From Schmidtea polychroa (taxonomy: Eukaryota): DNA of 60,000 bases. The stretch covers positions 19,594,001-19,654,000 of the forward strand of contig CM097885.1 in the NCBI GenBank assembly GCA_044892525.1. Direction: 5' to 3'. The position numbers and the translations under genes are program-made. Each line of letters starts with the position of its first letter. Position 1 is the first letter of the stretch. Positions 39,355 through 52,555 of the stretch are shown one piece after another. The notes beneath the pieces are model-generated. The model made no database searches. It was given only the letters and a program-made list of their open reading frames with translations, and was not told the origin of the DNA.

Positions 39355-41394
39355 CAATAACAATAAATTCGAAAGGTCTTGCACCAAGCTTCAAAACAAG
39401 CTATCGAACGATGAAATAAAATGATGGGAACGATAACTTTTGGCATGCCAAATAGTAGGGCACCGCTAGCACACTTAATAATATTTTGAAAAAATAATAA
39501 TAAAAATAATAATATTTTTTAAAAATAATAATATGACCTTGATGAGTCATCGCGATGACTCATATGACCTTGGGAATGACCTTGGATTAGTCATGTGACC
39601 TTGAAAATGGCCTTGATGAGCCATAGGATGACTCAGATGGCCTTGAAAATGACCTTGAAAATTTTGATGAGTCATCGGATGAGTCATATGACCTTGAGAA
39701 TGACCTTGATGAGTCATATTATGAGTCATATGACCTTGAGATGACCTTGATGAGTCATATCATGAGTCATGGCCTTTGTTTCAATGACCTTGATGAGTCA
39801 TAGTATGAGTCATATGACCTTGAAAATGACCTTGATGAGTCACGGTCTTTGTTTAAATGACCTTGAGAAAATTTTTTTGACCTTGATGAGTCTTAGTATG
39901 AGTCATATGACCTTGAAAATGACCTTGATGAGTCATATGATGAGTCATGGTCTTTGTTTAAATGACCTTGAAAAATTTGATGAGTCATACTATGAGTCAT
40001 GGTCTTTGTTTCAATGACCTTGATGAGTCATATGTCTTTGTTTAAATTTGACCTTGAAAAAAAATGTACTTTTAGACTTAGAATATTTTTGAAAATCTTA
40101 CCGACGGGGGGAGGGGGGAGGGGGGGGGGTACTGTGCTAGCGGTGCCCTGTGCCAGCGGTGCCCAATCCATCTACTGATGTTAAATTCTAACTGGATTAA
40201 GAAGTTTTTGAGGCTCAGGTATTTTTGTATATAGAATAATGATTTCGGGCTTTTTAACTAGATTTTGGCTATCGCTTAAAAACAGGGTTTTATATAAATT
40301 TGAAATTCTAACTATAGTAAGGGGTGTTTTGAAACTCAGATATTATTATACAGTAATTATAGTCTGAAGCTTTTCAATTCGCAAAGAAGGGTTTGTAGCA
40401 TATTTGGTCATGGACTGTTTGAATAATTAAATTTAGGGTAATATATTTGACAATTAGCAAATCAACATTGTGTATAAATTCACCTAAGTAACATATTTTG
40501 AATAATTATAAGTTGTTTACTTTGTTGTACTTTTTTATTGCATAAAGATAGTTTGCTATCATAATATTTTGATCAGAATCTACTAACCACTATTGAATAT
40601 ACATAAGCTAAGTGTTAGTCACAGAACTTCTGGTATTAATTGGATCCATTAAAAAATCAATATTTTGAATACAACGTTTTATTATTTAATCACAATAGTA
40701 TTTAAACAAATCACATCATAATTTGTTTGGAGTTTCTATAAAAAACAATTAATGAATAAGTAAGGATTTCAACATACAGACAACATACAATAATAATTTA
40801 ATTTATATTTTAGAATACCTCACAATAAGAGTTTAATTTAAAGCAATTATTTTACTTGCAATTAATTCATCTAAATTTACATATTCACATTTATGTAATT
40901 ATTTACCTGATTTTATTAGACAACCCTTATTACAATTAAATAAAATTGAATAATTATTTCTTTTAAATAATTCATATTTAGGGTGAATATTTACTTGATT
41001 GTTAATGGCTAGAATTTAATGCTCTTTTGTTATCCATTTTGCTCACTAAATACCTTTTCATGATATTTATTGGCAATGTTTTGAATAAATTTATTTTAAA
41101 TATTTATTTGTACTTGTTATTTTACAAAGATTTTCTGTATTTGAATTCAAGAATGAAGAATTTTACTAATCATTATCAAATTATTGGAACATCTCACAAG
41201 AAATGATGTCCTTAAGTTCAATCAATCACTATAATTTCTATTAATTCTTTCATCAATGAGTATCATCTTCGTAAGTATATATTTGAATACTGAACTCTTT
41301 CTTTATTTATTTTATTCAAAAATGAACCAGAATTTCAATCTCAACAAATTTTATCAAAGATCTATCAAATTTATTTAGTGATTCACTCTTAACA

Positions 41395-43356
41395 TCATAC
41401 TTCAGTTACCTTAACCAAAGTTTTCTGTAAATCTTTCTTCACAGCTTTCTCATTCATTAGAAATTTTCCAATTCGTCTCTTTCGATCACCTTGCAACTGC
41501 ATGTTATTTATCAGTGTAAACGCCACTTGCCATTTCTTTACGTTTTTCCTTGTTGATTCCATTTGTGATTTTAGTTTATTTTTATTCACTTTATATCTTA
41601 ACAATCTTTTGCTTTCTAAGTGCTTTTCTTTCAAAATATCAATGAAACATTTTATGATAGGGTTTTGATGGTACTGCAGGGTATAGAGGAACCCAATATA
41701 GCTCATGAAACCGCTATCAAAATTATGCAAATAGATTGGCAAACAATTAAAGTCAATTCTAGAGAAACAAAACACAAAGTTAAACATCCAAATAATCATT
41801 CGCTTTATTGAATTGAAAAATCCCATCATCACATTCAGAAAGAAGGCACAATGTGCAAAAATCATGAATGCTCTTCGGTTGTTGATTTCCATTAGGGTTC
41901 CTCTTTTCGTTACAAAACAAAATCTAACGATCGCACTTTGAACTACTATCAAAACAATTGACTCTACTATAAGGGGAAATGAATGCAAAAAAAGCTTTCT
42001 GATCCAAGAATTTTCCAGAAATATCAAAGGCAGTAAGATTATCCCAATCGTTATAAATAAAAAGAGAAACATAAATATTGTAACAACAATTATCCCCCAC
42101 AATATGTAGGCAGCTTGATAGCCGCTATACCTCACGAAACCCGATACCAATTCAGCACTATCTGGAGCCTTTCTCAGTGCAATAATTGATGAAAATCCTT
42201 GTTTGCTGATTTTCTGGAAATGGAGGCGAAAATTCCTCAAAATGAAGAATGATTGAATGACGGAGTTGAGAAATCCCACAATGAATGCAAATATTAAACA
42301 ACATAACAGAAGATTTACGTAAAAAAACGTTAAATATCTGTAGGCGTTCACCGAATCAGCAGCCGAATATTGAGAAAGATTACCTGAGGTCACTCGAAAA
42401 GCAGTTTTCAAATCTAAATCAATTTCATTAAACCTTTTATTCAACAAATAAATGAAGGTCCACATTTCTGGGGTAAATGAAATAATTAGCTCCATGAAGA
42501 TTCGATAAGCAAAATATAATCCAACCGATATCCCAACTGCCATTAAAGGAGGAATTTCGAAACCGGAAATTTCCACATGCCTGATAGCTTTTTTGTTGTT
42601 TTTTTTTTGATTCTTTCTGCTTAATAGTTCCTTGACGTATTGCCTACTGTCCTTATCGATGCAATGAATGAACTCTGATTTCTCAATGTTTTTCAATTTG
42701 TTTCCTTGGACATGCTTGAATATTTTCCATACAAATATTATAATCAAAACTAAATCATTTGCTAAACAAACAATATGGATGATAGAAAATGGAATGGTGT
42801 CATATGCGATAATACAATTAACATTTTCATAGACCAATCCCAAATTGCAGCACATCAAAAGAACGGAAAACATTAATCCCATGCAATAGCCAATCAAATG
42901 CTTTGCGCAAATTCCCGCAAATATTGGATAATAAGTTATCGAAAATACAATTACATATCCTAATTTAATTAGAAATTTCACATTCGGTTCTTGCAGTTCG
43001 TGAGCTTCATAAATAAAAATGGCTTTATAAATATCTTCGGAAAACGAGAGAAAAGCAATAACATACGCGTACCTGTTTTCACAGCTGTTTATCATATCCA
43101 TCGGTACCGCCAATCCTGGTCGGCCATGGCATGAATTGATTTGGAATGATACCCGTTTCGTTACAAATGCAAAAATGATAATAAGTATCACAGAAAAAGT
43201 CAAAAGCAAATAGGATACTAATGAAATCCGTACCGCGTTGATGGGACAAATAATTTGATTAGTATCGTTTAGATCTCTTTCTCCCGAGCTAACCATTGCA
43301 AATATTTCCATAATAGGTCCACCGATATACTCGGTATATTTCATGAATTCTTTCAT
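41395..43356 (-). CDS. STRA6-like: STRA6/STRA6-like paralogue 2, 653 aa, intronless
   Basis: Same family motifs: GRPGLAVP, YSGYQAAYILWG, NNRRAF, HQNP, KWQVAFTLINN. Confidence 0.88.
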   Translation of the reverse strand: MKEFMKYTEYIGGPIMEIFAMVSSGERDLNDTNQIICPINAVRISLVSYLLLTFSVILIIIFAFVTKRVSFQINSCHGRPGLAVPMDMINSCENRYAYVIAFLSFSEDIYKAIFIYEAHELQEPNVKFLIKLGYVIVFSITYYPIFAGICAKHLIGYCMGLMFSVLLMCCNLGLVYENVNCIIAYDTIPFSIIHIVCLANDLVLIIIFVWKIFKHVQGNKLKNIEKSEFIHCIDKDSRQYVKELLSRKNQKKNNKKAIRHVEISGFEIPPLMAVGISVGLYFAYRIFMELIISFTPEMWTFIYLLNKRFNEIDLDLKTAFRVTSGNLSQYSAADSVNAYRYLTFFYVNLLLCCLIFAFIVGFLNSVIQSFFILRNFRLHFQKISKQGFSSIIALRKAPDSAELVSGFVRYSGYQAAYILWGIIVVTIFMFLFLFITIGIILLPLIFLENSWIRKLFLHSFPLIVESIVLIVVQSAIVRFCFVTKRGTLMEINNRRAFMIFAHCAFFLNVMMGFFNSIKRMIIWMFNFVFCFSRIDFNCLPIYLHNFDSGFMSYIGFLYTLQYHQNPIIKCFIDILKEKHLESKRLLRYKVNKNKLKSQMESTRKNVKKWQVAFTLINNMQLQGDRKRRIGKFLMNEKAVKKDLQKTLVKVTEV

Positions 43357-44354
43357 TTAGAGGATTTCAAGGATCAAGATGATAATGGAAAATAGAAATT
43401 TCTCCCCAATTTTAATAAATGAATTGTATTTGTCCCAAAATTCTGTTATATAGTCTTTATTAATGTAAAATGAGATTATCAAATCGAATGTCGGGTTTAG
43501 TCTAGGGGAGAGATTTCCAGCACAAATCCTTTTAGTTCTATATTTGGAATATACAAACATACTTTGAATTGTAGGAATTTTAGACATTCACTGACAACGG
43601 CAGTTGACTAAATGATTTGTTGATCTTGTTGCTAGATCAAAATTGGAAATTTTTTAAAATTATAATTTTTCAAATATTTTTGAAATAAAAAAGTTACTCA
43701 TCACAAATTTTTGGTTTATTATTAGCAAAATATGAGCGTTTCATGCTACGATCAGTTTTCATACATTTCTCCCTCGGGGGATATGATCTTGAATTTATCG
43801 ATTATTGATTATTATCTTTTAGTGCAAATATTGATTTCTAAGTGCAAAGCGTAATTTCTGACCATAATCAGACGCATTTTTTGCTTTTCTCTAGTAAGGA
43901 CACTTTTATTTTCAATGTCCTTTTTCACTATAGAAAATGGAAATATTTATTTTTTAAATTGAAAAAAATGTGTAGAAAAGTGTAATTATTGTGTTTTGTT
44001 TTACCATAATGTAATGCGAGGGTTTGAGATTTTAGCAATATCTTTTTGGGTGGGGAAATTTGTATCAAAAGTTTGTGGAATCATGCTGGGAACTTGATTA
44101 TTAATCTCCAATTTCTCTGATTTCTACATGACCTACTCGATAAAATTTAAATATTATACCTTAATTTACATTGATGTACAATGTTTTAATTTCAATGAAG
44201 TAGAAGTTTTAATATACCAATGCTTACTCAATCTATTTTTTTAATATTTAGTTAATTTAAAACTTATTTTAGTAATTTTATTTTATACTTACATTTAACA
44301 TTGAATTATTCGGTATCAAAATTATATATGAAAGCGTCAGCATTTATTTTCACC

Positions 44355-44474
44355 TTAGAATGACACCGACTTCAGGTGACTTTAACCTTAAATGACCTTG
44401 ACCAATTACATAATACTTTGACTTCAAATAAATAACCTTAATGGGAGGGGCTAGAAAGCTCACTATATCCTACT
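44355..44474 (-). mobile_element. Divergent Maverick-like terminus
   Basis: Ends GGGAGGGG...CTATATCCTACT and is preceded by TGACCTTGA words, the same architecture as 40020-40176. Confidence 0.4.
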
Positions 44475-45173
44475 GCTAATAATTAATTTTCAATATTTCA
44501 TTTTCCAATTTTATAAATAATTATTTTTCTTCCAATTATATTGTTTTAATTGGTCGTTTTAAATTATTCATTTTAATCTGAGTTCTTTTGCTTCTGTAAC
44601 TAATTTTCCCGAATTTTTATTTCTCTATTTTATTTCTATTTTCCGTTTTGCTTTCTCTCATTTTCATGTTATATGATTTTAATTTTATTTTACTTCACAA
44701 TTTACCCGCCCCTTACTTATAGTATTACCTCCTTACTATCCCTTTTTTTGACTCTTCCTTTAAAAAAAATATTTTTCTTATTTTGATTTCAAAGATTTAT
44801 AGGTCATTCAATTTACAATAACCTCTACTAACAATTTACAAAAACAAATTAATTAATTAATGAATATTTATAAAAAAAACAAAATTAATTTATATTCTTA
44901 CAAATTTCCTTCGCAGATTTCATTAAATTCATTATACGCTCAACAATCTCCTCTGCGAATTGTTATTATTGTTGTGTATATTGTAGTCGGTGATTATTAA
45001 ACTATCTAATACTGATCTGACTCCGAGGGTGTTATTTAATAACGGTAATGTCAAATCACAGCGACGTAAAACTTTATCGATTAATACAATTGATTAGAGC
45101 AAATTCAGCGATACCAATTTTCAACACATCTCAAATGTTTCAAATGCCTTTACAACCCCTTCGGAGAAATAGT

Positions 45174-45671
45174 CTAACAATGACAAAATAACTTTAAAAA
45201 AAATAATAATAATTGTTTAAATCTAAGACACATCAGAAGAATTTCATTGTAATTAATATCACACGCTTTATTTGTAAAAAACCATTTATCGTGTCCAATA
45301 ACTTGAGATTGAGCCATGATTGAATTTGAAACATTGGATAATTGTTCAACACTTCGGCTAATAAACATTGGGGTTGTGTTGATCTTTTTAAAAGCTCGAT
45401 TGAATAGAATATCATATCCATAAGTTAGCAAGTTTATCTTTTTATCGCTTTGGGGAAATTTCATAAACATATCTTGGAGTTCCTCTTCTGTTATTTCATG
45501 ATTTACAGAAATTAAATCGTTGATTTCCGATCGTTTTGAAAAACTTCCATTAATAATTTGCAACGATCTTGCTGAGCCACGATCACATGGACAAGTTCCA
45601 CTGCTGAAAAGACATCTCTTCGTTATATTGCTCATTGAAATACAACATATCAAACATTCATTATCTTCCAT
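45174..45671 (-). CDS. Hypothetical 165-aa ORF with an N-terminal CxxC, probably a decayed mobile-element gene
   Basis: ATG-initiated ORF (MEDNECLICC...) next to pPolB remnants. Family not recognised. Confidence 0.3.
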   Translation of the reverse strand: MEDNECLICCISMSNITKRCLFSSGTCPCDRGSARSLQIINGSFSKRSEINDLISVNHEITEEELQDMFMKFPQSDKKINLLTYGYDILFNRAFKKINTTPMFISRSVEQLSNVSNSIMAQSQVIGHDKWFFTNKACDINYNEILLMCLRFKQLLLFFLKLFCHC

Positions 45672-46834
45672 ATTTCACTAAGGCCAAAAATTCAAATCAA
45701 AATTATAAATCAGTTCTTTAAAACCACAATTCCAGAAAAATTGAATAGAATATCATATCCATAAGTTAGCAACACTCTAAAAAACCGATACAATCATAAA
45801 CTGAGTAAAACCAAAAAAAACTCACAATAACTTTGACTAAATTCCACAATTGTCCGCGTCTGTGTGCGCACACAATTCAAATCAACAAAGTAAAAAGCGC
45901 ACACATACGCGAGATAAACTAATAATTTGACAATTGTCCGCGTCTGTATGTGCACACAAATCAAATCCAAAAAACAGGTAAAAAGCGCACACAGACGCGC
46001 GACCCGATAATCAACCAATAATAATACTAACATTTTGACTTCAAATCGGAATGTGATTCATCCACAGTGCGGGCATCCCTAACAGAAGAGGGGCATATTC
46101 CACTTCCTCCCTTATAGGGGCATCCCCAATATCAGCGAAGGCATCAATTATTAGACAATAACCTAAAGTTTTTGTAAATTTAATAACTAAATAAAATAAA
46201 TTTACTTAATGATTCCTCAACAGAAGTAGGGACATGATCTGGTATCTCTCCAATGTCAGTTGACCATAATCTTCTGAATCACTAATGGGTTGACTATTCA
46301 AATTTTTTAGAATTTATAGTAATTAAATAAATAAATTTAACTAATAAATCTTTTTCGATAATAATGACGTCATATTCGTCGTATTCATCAGTAATAATAA
46401 CTTCATCTTCAGCACGCAAAAGATTTTCGGTTATCTCGTACCATAAATTCTCTAAAATAATAATAAATAAAAACAATAATAAAATAAATAAATAACTTAT
46501 CATTAGCACCCGTCAACATGGCACGTAGGATATTATTTTGTCCGTTCATTTTGAAAAATAATTTTTAAAAGTGACGAATTTGGAAATCGCAAATGTTTAT
46601 AAAGAGAATGAAATTTTTCCTGTCCCAGCCATTCAGAATTTAGCTATACACACATAGAAACTATGCATGCCTTGTTAATCATGCAGTATTTTCCTTGTGA
46701 CTGTCCTCATTAATCATGACTTTGTTGAACATGCACTGAGCATGCATCGACCATGTGATGTCTTTGTCGACATTAATACTATAATTAAAAATAATAATAA
46801 AATTAATTAAAATAATAATAATAACAAAGCATTT

Positions 46835-48379
46835 AATTTATTTGAAGGGGGAATACGACATAAATAAATTGTATGGTTGGGCTCTTAGCCAAAATCTTCC
46901 CTATGCTGACTTGAATGAGTGTATGATTGAGAATATCGAAATCCTTCCATATGGGTATACTATGGAAGTCGATATTCTTGATTGCTTGCATGATTTTTTG
47001 AATGATTTTTTGATTGCTCCGGGAAAATGTGTCTGCTTAATTCGAAAGTTGAGAATATGATGCTCACACATTTGCTCAAGAAGAACCGTGTTTTTTATTG
47101 GAGGGTTCTAAAGCTGTATATAGAATTGGGGCAGTTATTAAAAATGGCAATTAAATTTACCCATGCACCCATTTTTAAATCACACATACATAAAAATACA
47201 AAATTAATAGCTCATTCTACAATGGAGTTGTATAGAGATTTGCATAAATTATTTAACAATAGCTGCTTGTACGGTAAAACCGTAGCGATTCTCAGAAGAC
47301 GGATGAATTTGAGGCTATGTAATACAGCCGAAAAGATGATTGTATATGCCTCAAAACCGAGTTTCAGGAAATCACTTAAAATTGATGATGACCTGGTTGC
47401 TGCTTGTTGAGTTCGATAGTATGTTCATACGCGCTACTGATAGGTGTAAGTGGGCATTGAATGTGTATACTTAATTATATCTGTTTATATTGAATAAATT
47501 TTATTTGTGTTTGTAAGTGAGTGCGTGTGTAAAGAAATTTGAAGAGCCCAGCCGAGTCACCCGTAAATAAACTGTCTCGGGAGAGCTGGGGTGAATGTAT
47601 GTAAGTTTTAAAAAAATTATTACAATTTAACTAAATAATAATAACAATAAAATGAAACTACAACTTTTATTTATAAAAAGTAAAACCTTATAGTGGAGGA
47701 TGTACCCAAAATGTTTGGTATAGAATAGTTTCCGAGGAATTTTCTTTTAGAGGTTTCCGAGGAATTTTACTTTAGAAAATCTTTCGCAATCCTTCGTTTT
47801 GTTTGATAGATAAATCTAGATATACCTTGAATTATTTTCTGAAGATCGGGGCGAAATTTCATATTGAAAAATTCGTAAGATAGCAAATTTTCTGGTAATT
47901 GTCTCTTGAATTATATAATTTACTTTTGACTATTGATTTTTTTTGATTTTTCATTTTTACTATAGCGATAATTTACTATAGTAAATTATCGCTATAGTAA
48001 AAATGAAAAATCAAAAAAAAATCAATAGTCAAAAGTTAATTATAGTTTTTTAAAGACTTTATTTCATGATGTACAGGGCGTCATAACGGGAGTAAAAACA
48101 AAACCTAATTGAGGTTCTGTTTTGACTTGTAATTATGATAAAAATATAACATTCTACTACACTGCTCATTTGAATAAGGATTCTATATATTTAGACGGGC
48201 CTAGTTGCATCGATCAATCAGACCCGTCTAAACTACGGATGTACCAATTACAGTGTGTAGAATTAGCCAAGTATAGGTCTGAATTCAGCTGTGGTATAAA
48301 TATCGTTGCCGACGACACCGACTCCTTTTTCCTAGAGATAAAACACTGTAAGCTTGACACTGAAATGTTAAAAAATTAA
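46835..48379 (+). pseudogene. Fragments of a protein-primed family B DNA polymerase (Maverick/Polinton pPolB)
   Basis: YDINKLYGWALSQNLP (DxNSLYG motif), GYTMEVD, KLFNNSCLYGKT (KxxxNxxYGK) and DTDSFF (YxDTDS). Frameshifted and interrupted at ~47410-48250. Confidence 0.85.
47914..48044. repeat. ~130-bp near-perfect spacerless palindrome
   Basis: Centre ACTATAGT at 47975-47982. The arms are reverse complements apart from about 2 differences. Confidence 0.92.
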
Positions 48380-48464
48380 TAAATTGATAGTAAAACACAT
48401 TTTTTAATAATTATTTATAAATTTGTTTATTCAGCTTCAAACAAAAATAATAAAGGTTTTTTTG

Positions 48465-48541
48465 TAAAAAGTCTCGCGGACCACTTGGAACCCGTTCGCG
48501 GACCCCCTTGGGGTCCATGAACCCCAGGTTAAGAACCACTG
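48465..48541. mobile_element. hAT (Charlie-like) terminus fragment
   Basis: CGCGGACC repeats ending CAGGTTAAGAACCACTG. Confidence 0.6.
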
Positions 48542-49433
48542 TTATAAAAGAATAAGATACTTTTATATTGTTTAATTATCTTCTATATTTTTGCCGAAAT
48601 AACCTTTTGAAAATTTCGAACTTCCGGGTTACAGTGAGATAAAACAATATCTATCTATTGGTGTATCTTATTGTAAATGTCTAGTAAATTTGTCTATTCC
48701 TACAGTCGTCAAATAAAAATTAATTAATTTATTAGTTTATATATTTTCAACATCTTTCGCTTCTTGTTTATTATCGACCTATACGTTTCCCCATTAAATA
48801 TTGATTTTTCGAATTTTTTTACTTGTTTTTTCATTTAAATTTGATTTGTAAATTTTTAGAAAAAATTTGTGTATTTAAGTTTTGTGTATTTAAGTTTTAC
48901 TTCAACAATAATCTCGGAAGTACGCTTGAAAAGAAAATGCATGTTACTAAAAAATTAATTTAAATTGATAAATACTGAAATATTTCGGGATCACTTATAA
49001 GAGTCTCATGACTCCTTCGAAAGCCGTAGTTCATTGTAGAATAAATAAATATTTTACATAATATAAAGTGATGATTTCTTGGTAGCAGCATTAATTAAAT
49101 TTAAACAATTAAATAATAATTTAAGACTTTTGCTGCGAGTAATATATTTAATACAAATGAAAAAAATTTCGACTATAAAATTGAAATAGGCTATCTTATA
49201 ATTTAAAATTTTTCCATTTGTTTTAAATATATTATTTGCAGCAAAAGGCTTAAATTATCATTTATTTGTTTACTTTTACATAATATTTTCAATTAAATAT
49301 TAAATGCAAATAATTTTATAAAGTATATAAAAAGTTTAGATGTCAGTTAGTGAACTTTGTACTGGATTTTGTTACACTACACATTTTATCTAAAAAATAA
49401 TAAATTTATATAATTTAAATACCTGACATTTCA

Positions 49434-51401
49434 ATGTCATATTTTCTTCCAGCTGCCATTTATGCTGTCCATGGAATTAATGAGACTTTCTCTATCATTT
49501 CCGAATCTCTTGAAGTCGAGACTCAGAAACCGAATTGTACAACATTATTTCAAAATAGTCATTCGTACATTATAGGGAAATCGGGTTTGCCATTAGTGTT
49601 TATTGTAATTTTAATGTTCATTACTAAACGGGTATCCTTCAAGACCAACACGTGCAAGGGTCGGCCTGGATTGCCCATACCAATGGATATGCTCAAGAAT
49701 AACGAAAACTTTTTTGAATATGTCGCAGCGTTTTTATCACTATCTGAAGACATTTACCAAGCTATATTTGGATCGAAATATTGGTCTTCATCAACGTTAC
49801 CTTTAGACAGGTTTTTTATTAAATTAGCTATTGTCATTTATTACTCCATTTTATCGTACCCAATATTTACGGCCATCTATACGAAGCGCCTCATAGATAA
49901 CGTGATTGGATTGATTTGCGCTAGTTTCTTTATGGTTTTTAGTATTTTGGATAGCTACTCTGAAATAAAATGTTTGAAAACTACTAAAATTATCCCACAA
50001 GTAATAATACATACTATTTGCATTATTATTGATGGGTCTTTGGTTGTGATCTTTATATGGAGGATATTCAAGCGTATCAAGGTAAATGGAGTGACAAACA
50101 AACAGAAATCTGAATTGATTCATCTCAGCGATAAAGATAGCAGAAAATATGTAACAAAGCTGTTAAAGAGAAAAATGAAAACAGAAAACGAAGAGACAAA
50201 ATTCTTTCAGAAGATTAATTTCAATAGAATAAATGAAGAACTTACTCAAACAGTTTATGTAAAGATATCAGGGTTCAGAATTCCTCCTTTACTGGCAGTT
50301 GGGATCATCGTTGGATTGTATTTTGCATATCGAATCTTCATGGAACTAATTATTGAACTTACCCCCCAAGGTTGGACTGTGATTTATGTGATAAATAAAA
50401 GGATTTTCCATACTAATACAAATATGAAATCAGCGTTCCAAATCGCCTCGGGAAATTATTCTCAATATTCCGAAGTCAAGATAATAAACGCCTTTAGATA
50501 TTTAACATTGTTTTATACGAATCTTGTCCTCGGTTGTTTGATTGCTGCCATAATAATAGGATTTCTCAACTCCGTCATTCAATCATTTTTGATTTTGAGG
50601 AATTATCGCCTCCATTTTCAGAAAATTAGCAAACAAGGATTTTCATCAATTATTGCACTGAGAAAGGCTCCAGATAGTGCTGGATTGGTTATTGGCTTTG
50701 TAAGGTATAGCGGCTATCAAGCTGCCTACATATTGTGGGGGATAAGTGTTGTTATAATCTTTATGTTTCTCCTTTTATTTTTAACTATTGGCATCATCTT
50801 ACTGCCTTTGATATTTCTGGAAAACTCTTGGATCAGAAAGTTATTTTTACAACTGTTACCTGTTTTTATTGGATCCTATATTGTGATTGTCATTCAAAGT
50901 CTTCTGATAAGATTTGTATTTGTAAAAGAAAGAGGAAGATTAATGGAAATCAACAACCGAAGAGTTTTTATGATTTATGCACATTGTGCCTTCTTTCTCA
51001 ATGTGATGATGGGGTTTATGAATACAATAAAGCGAATGATTATTTGGATGTTTAACTTTGTGTTTTGTTTCTCTAGAATTGACTTTAATGCTTTGCCAGT
51101 CTATTTGCAAAGGCTAGACAGTGGATACATGAGCTATATTGGGTTCCTCTATACCCTTCAGTACCATCAAAATCCTATCATGAAATGCTTTGTTGATATT
51201 TTGATAGAAAATCATACGAGGATAAAAGATACCCAGATCAAATGTGATGTGGATTCTGATTACAAAAATGATTACAAAAATGAAATGAAGAGAAAATATC
51301 GGATCAAATGGCAGGTAGCATTGACATTGATCAACAATTGTCAACTGCAAACTGATCGGAAGAAAGCCTGTATCAAATTAATAACTGAAAAGATATTATA
51401 A
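49434..51401 (+). CDS. STRA6-like: STRA6/STRA6-like paralogue 3, 655 aa, intronless
   Basis: Same family motifs. The C-terminal half is nearly identical to paralogue 1. Confidence 0.88.
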   Translation: MSYFLPAAIYAVHGINETFSIISESLEVETQKPNCTTLFQNSHSYIIGKSGLPLVFIVILMFITKRVSFKTNTCKGRPGLPIPMDMLKNNENFFEYVAAFLSLSEDIYQAIFGSKYWSSSTLPLDRFFIKLAIVIYYSILSYPIFTAIYTKRLIDNVIGLICASFFMVFSILDSYSEIKCLKTTKIIPQVIIHTICIIIDGSLVVIFIWRIFKRIKVNGVTNKQKSELIHLSDKDSRKYVTKLLKRKMKTENEETKFFQKINFNRINEELTQTVYVKISGFRIPPLLAVGIIVGLYFAYRIFMELIIELTPQGWTVIYVINKRIFHTNTNMKSAFQIASGNYSQYSEVKIINAFRYLTLFYTNLVLGCLIAAIIIGFLNSVIQSFLILRNYRLHFQKISKQGFSSIIALRKAPDSAGLVIGFVRYSGYQAAYILWGISVVIIFMFLLLFLTIGIILLPLIFLENSWIRKLFLQLLPVFIGSYIVIVIQSLLIRFVFVKERGRLMEINNRRVFMIYAHCAFFLNVMMGFMNTIKRMIIWMFNFVFCFSRIDFNALPVYLQRLDSGYMSYIGFLYTLQYHQNPIMKCFVDILIENHTRIKDTQIKCDVDSDYKNDYKNEMKRKYRIKWQVALTLINNCQLQTDRKKACIKLITEKIL

Positions 51402-51931
51402 TAATTCATTTTGATTTTGTCAGACATAATTTGTACTCAGTTTCAATGATTTTCACTTAGTTATTTTTTCCAAATTCCTACAACATTTTTCTATTTTGGA
51501 TAGAGGTAAGATACGATGAGACTCACTTTGTTATATCCATTTTTTAATTCATTTTTATAAAGAAGTTTACTTAATTTCTTTGAGTTTAAATAAAGTAAAA
51601 ATCACGTTTTTTAGTATTTTAACATTATAAAACAGATTGTGTGTGTGACTGAATGTTTTATTGAATACCACTCTCTTAGAAATTTTTAATTGATCAAATA
51701 TTTATAAAAGAAAGAAAAAAATGATATTTTAAAATTAAAAAAATTTGATGAAATTCCCCGGTCTCAAAGGGTTATTATATATTTATATAAAGGGGTGATA
51801 AATTATAGTTGAGTTCTTTCCTTCAAACCAATTATTGGCAGTTTCCAATAACAGCGATTTATATGTTTTTATAAATATACTTTACGTTAAAATCTTTAAT
51901 ATAATACCTTCTGTATTAAGTCAAAATAAAT

Positions 51932-52294
51932 GGCGACGCTCTGATATGGGTCACCCGATTTTCAAAAAAATATTTAATTAAAATTAAATTAAAATGTATA
52001 AAAAAATTCATAAGACCTAATTCAATTATTTATTGGGATCGGTGGCCAGCGTACTGGACAGAAAATTACAATCTTGAAATGCTTGATGGGTTTGATTATA
52101 TTCATTTGTCGGTTAACCACAAACTATTTTTCAAAGATCCAGTCACTGGTGTGCATACCAACAAGGCTGAAGGTTGGTGGGGAAATATTAAGTTGTAATT
52201 TGGTTATGTTGTTAGTATTATAATAGTTTCATTTTAATTTAATTTTAATTAAATATTTTTTTGAAAATCGGGTGACCCATATCAGAGCGTCGCC
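51932..52294 (+). mobile_element. Merlin (IS1595/ISXO2-like) internally deleted element
   Basis: ~65-bp TIR starting GGCGACGCTCTGATATGGGTCACCCG. The interior translates to WDRWPAY...HLSVNHKLFFKDPVTGVHTNKAEGWW. No clean TSD. Confidence 0.85.
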
Positions 52295-52338
52295 AAAGCC
52301 TGTCCTTGAGTTTGACCATCTTTTGAATTACCAACTCC

Positions 52339-52555
52339 AAATTCTCCTGCAACTCGCCTTGCGTTCATATAATCCCGACTCTTCTCTTCGATCAATCTCT
52401 CAGCGACGACGCTATAAATCCAAACCCATTTTATCTTTTGCATAATCATAAGCTTGAGCCATTCTTTCTTTGAAACTAGGAGTTGTGTTATCTTTATCTT
52501 TCACATGCGACAAATAAAATTTCCATAATTCAATGTGATAAATTCGCGATAACAT
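52339..52555 (-). pseudogene. CSTF3-like: Internally deleted fragment of cleavage stimulation factor 77 (HAT repeats)
   Basis: HIELWKFYLSHVK...PSFKERMAQAYDYAKDKMG joined directly, out of frame, to AERLIEEKSRDYMNARRVA. Confidence 0.8.
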
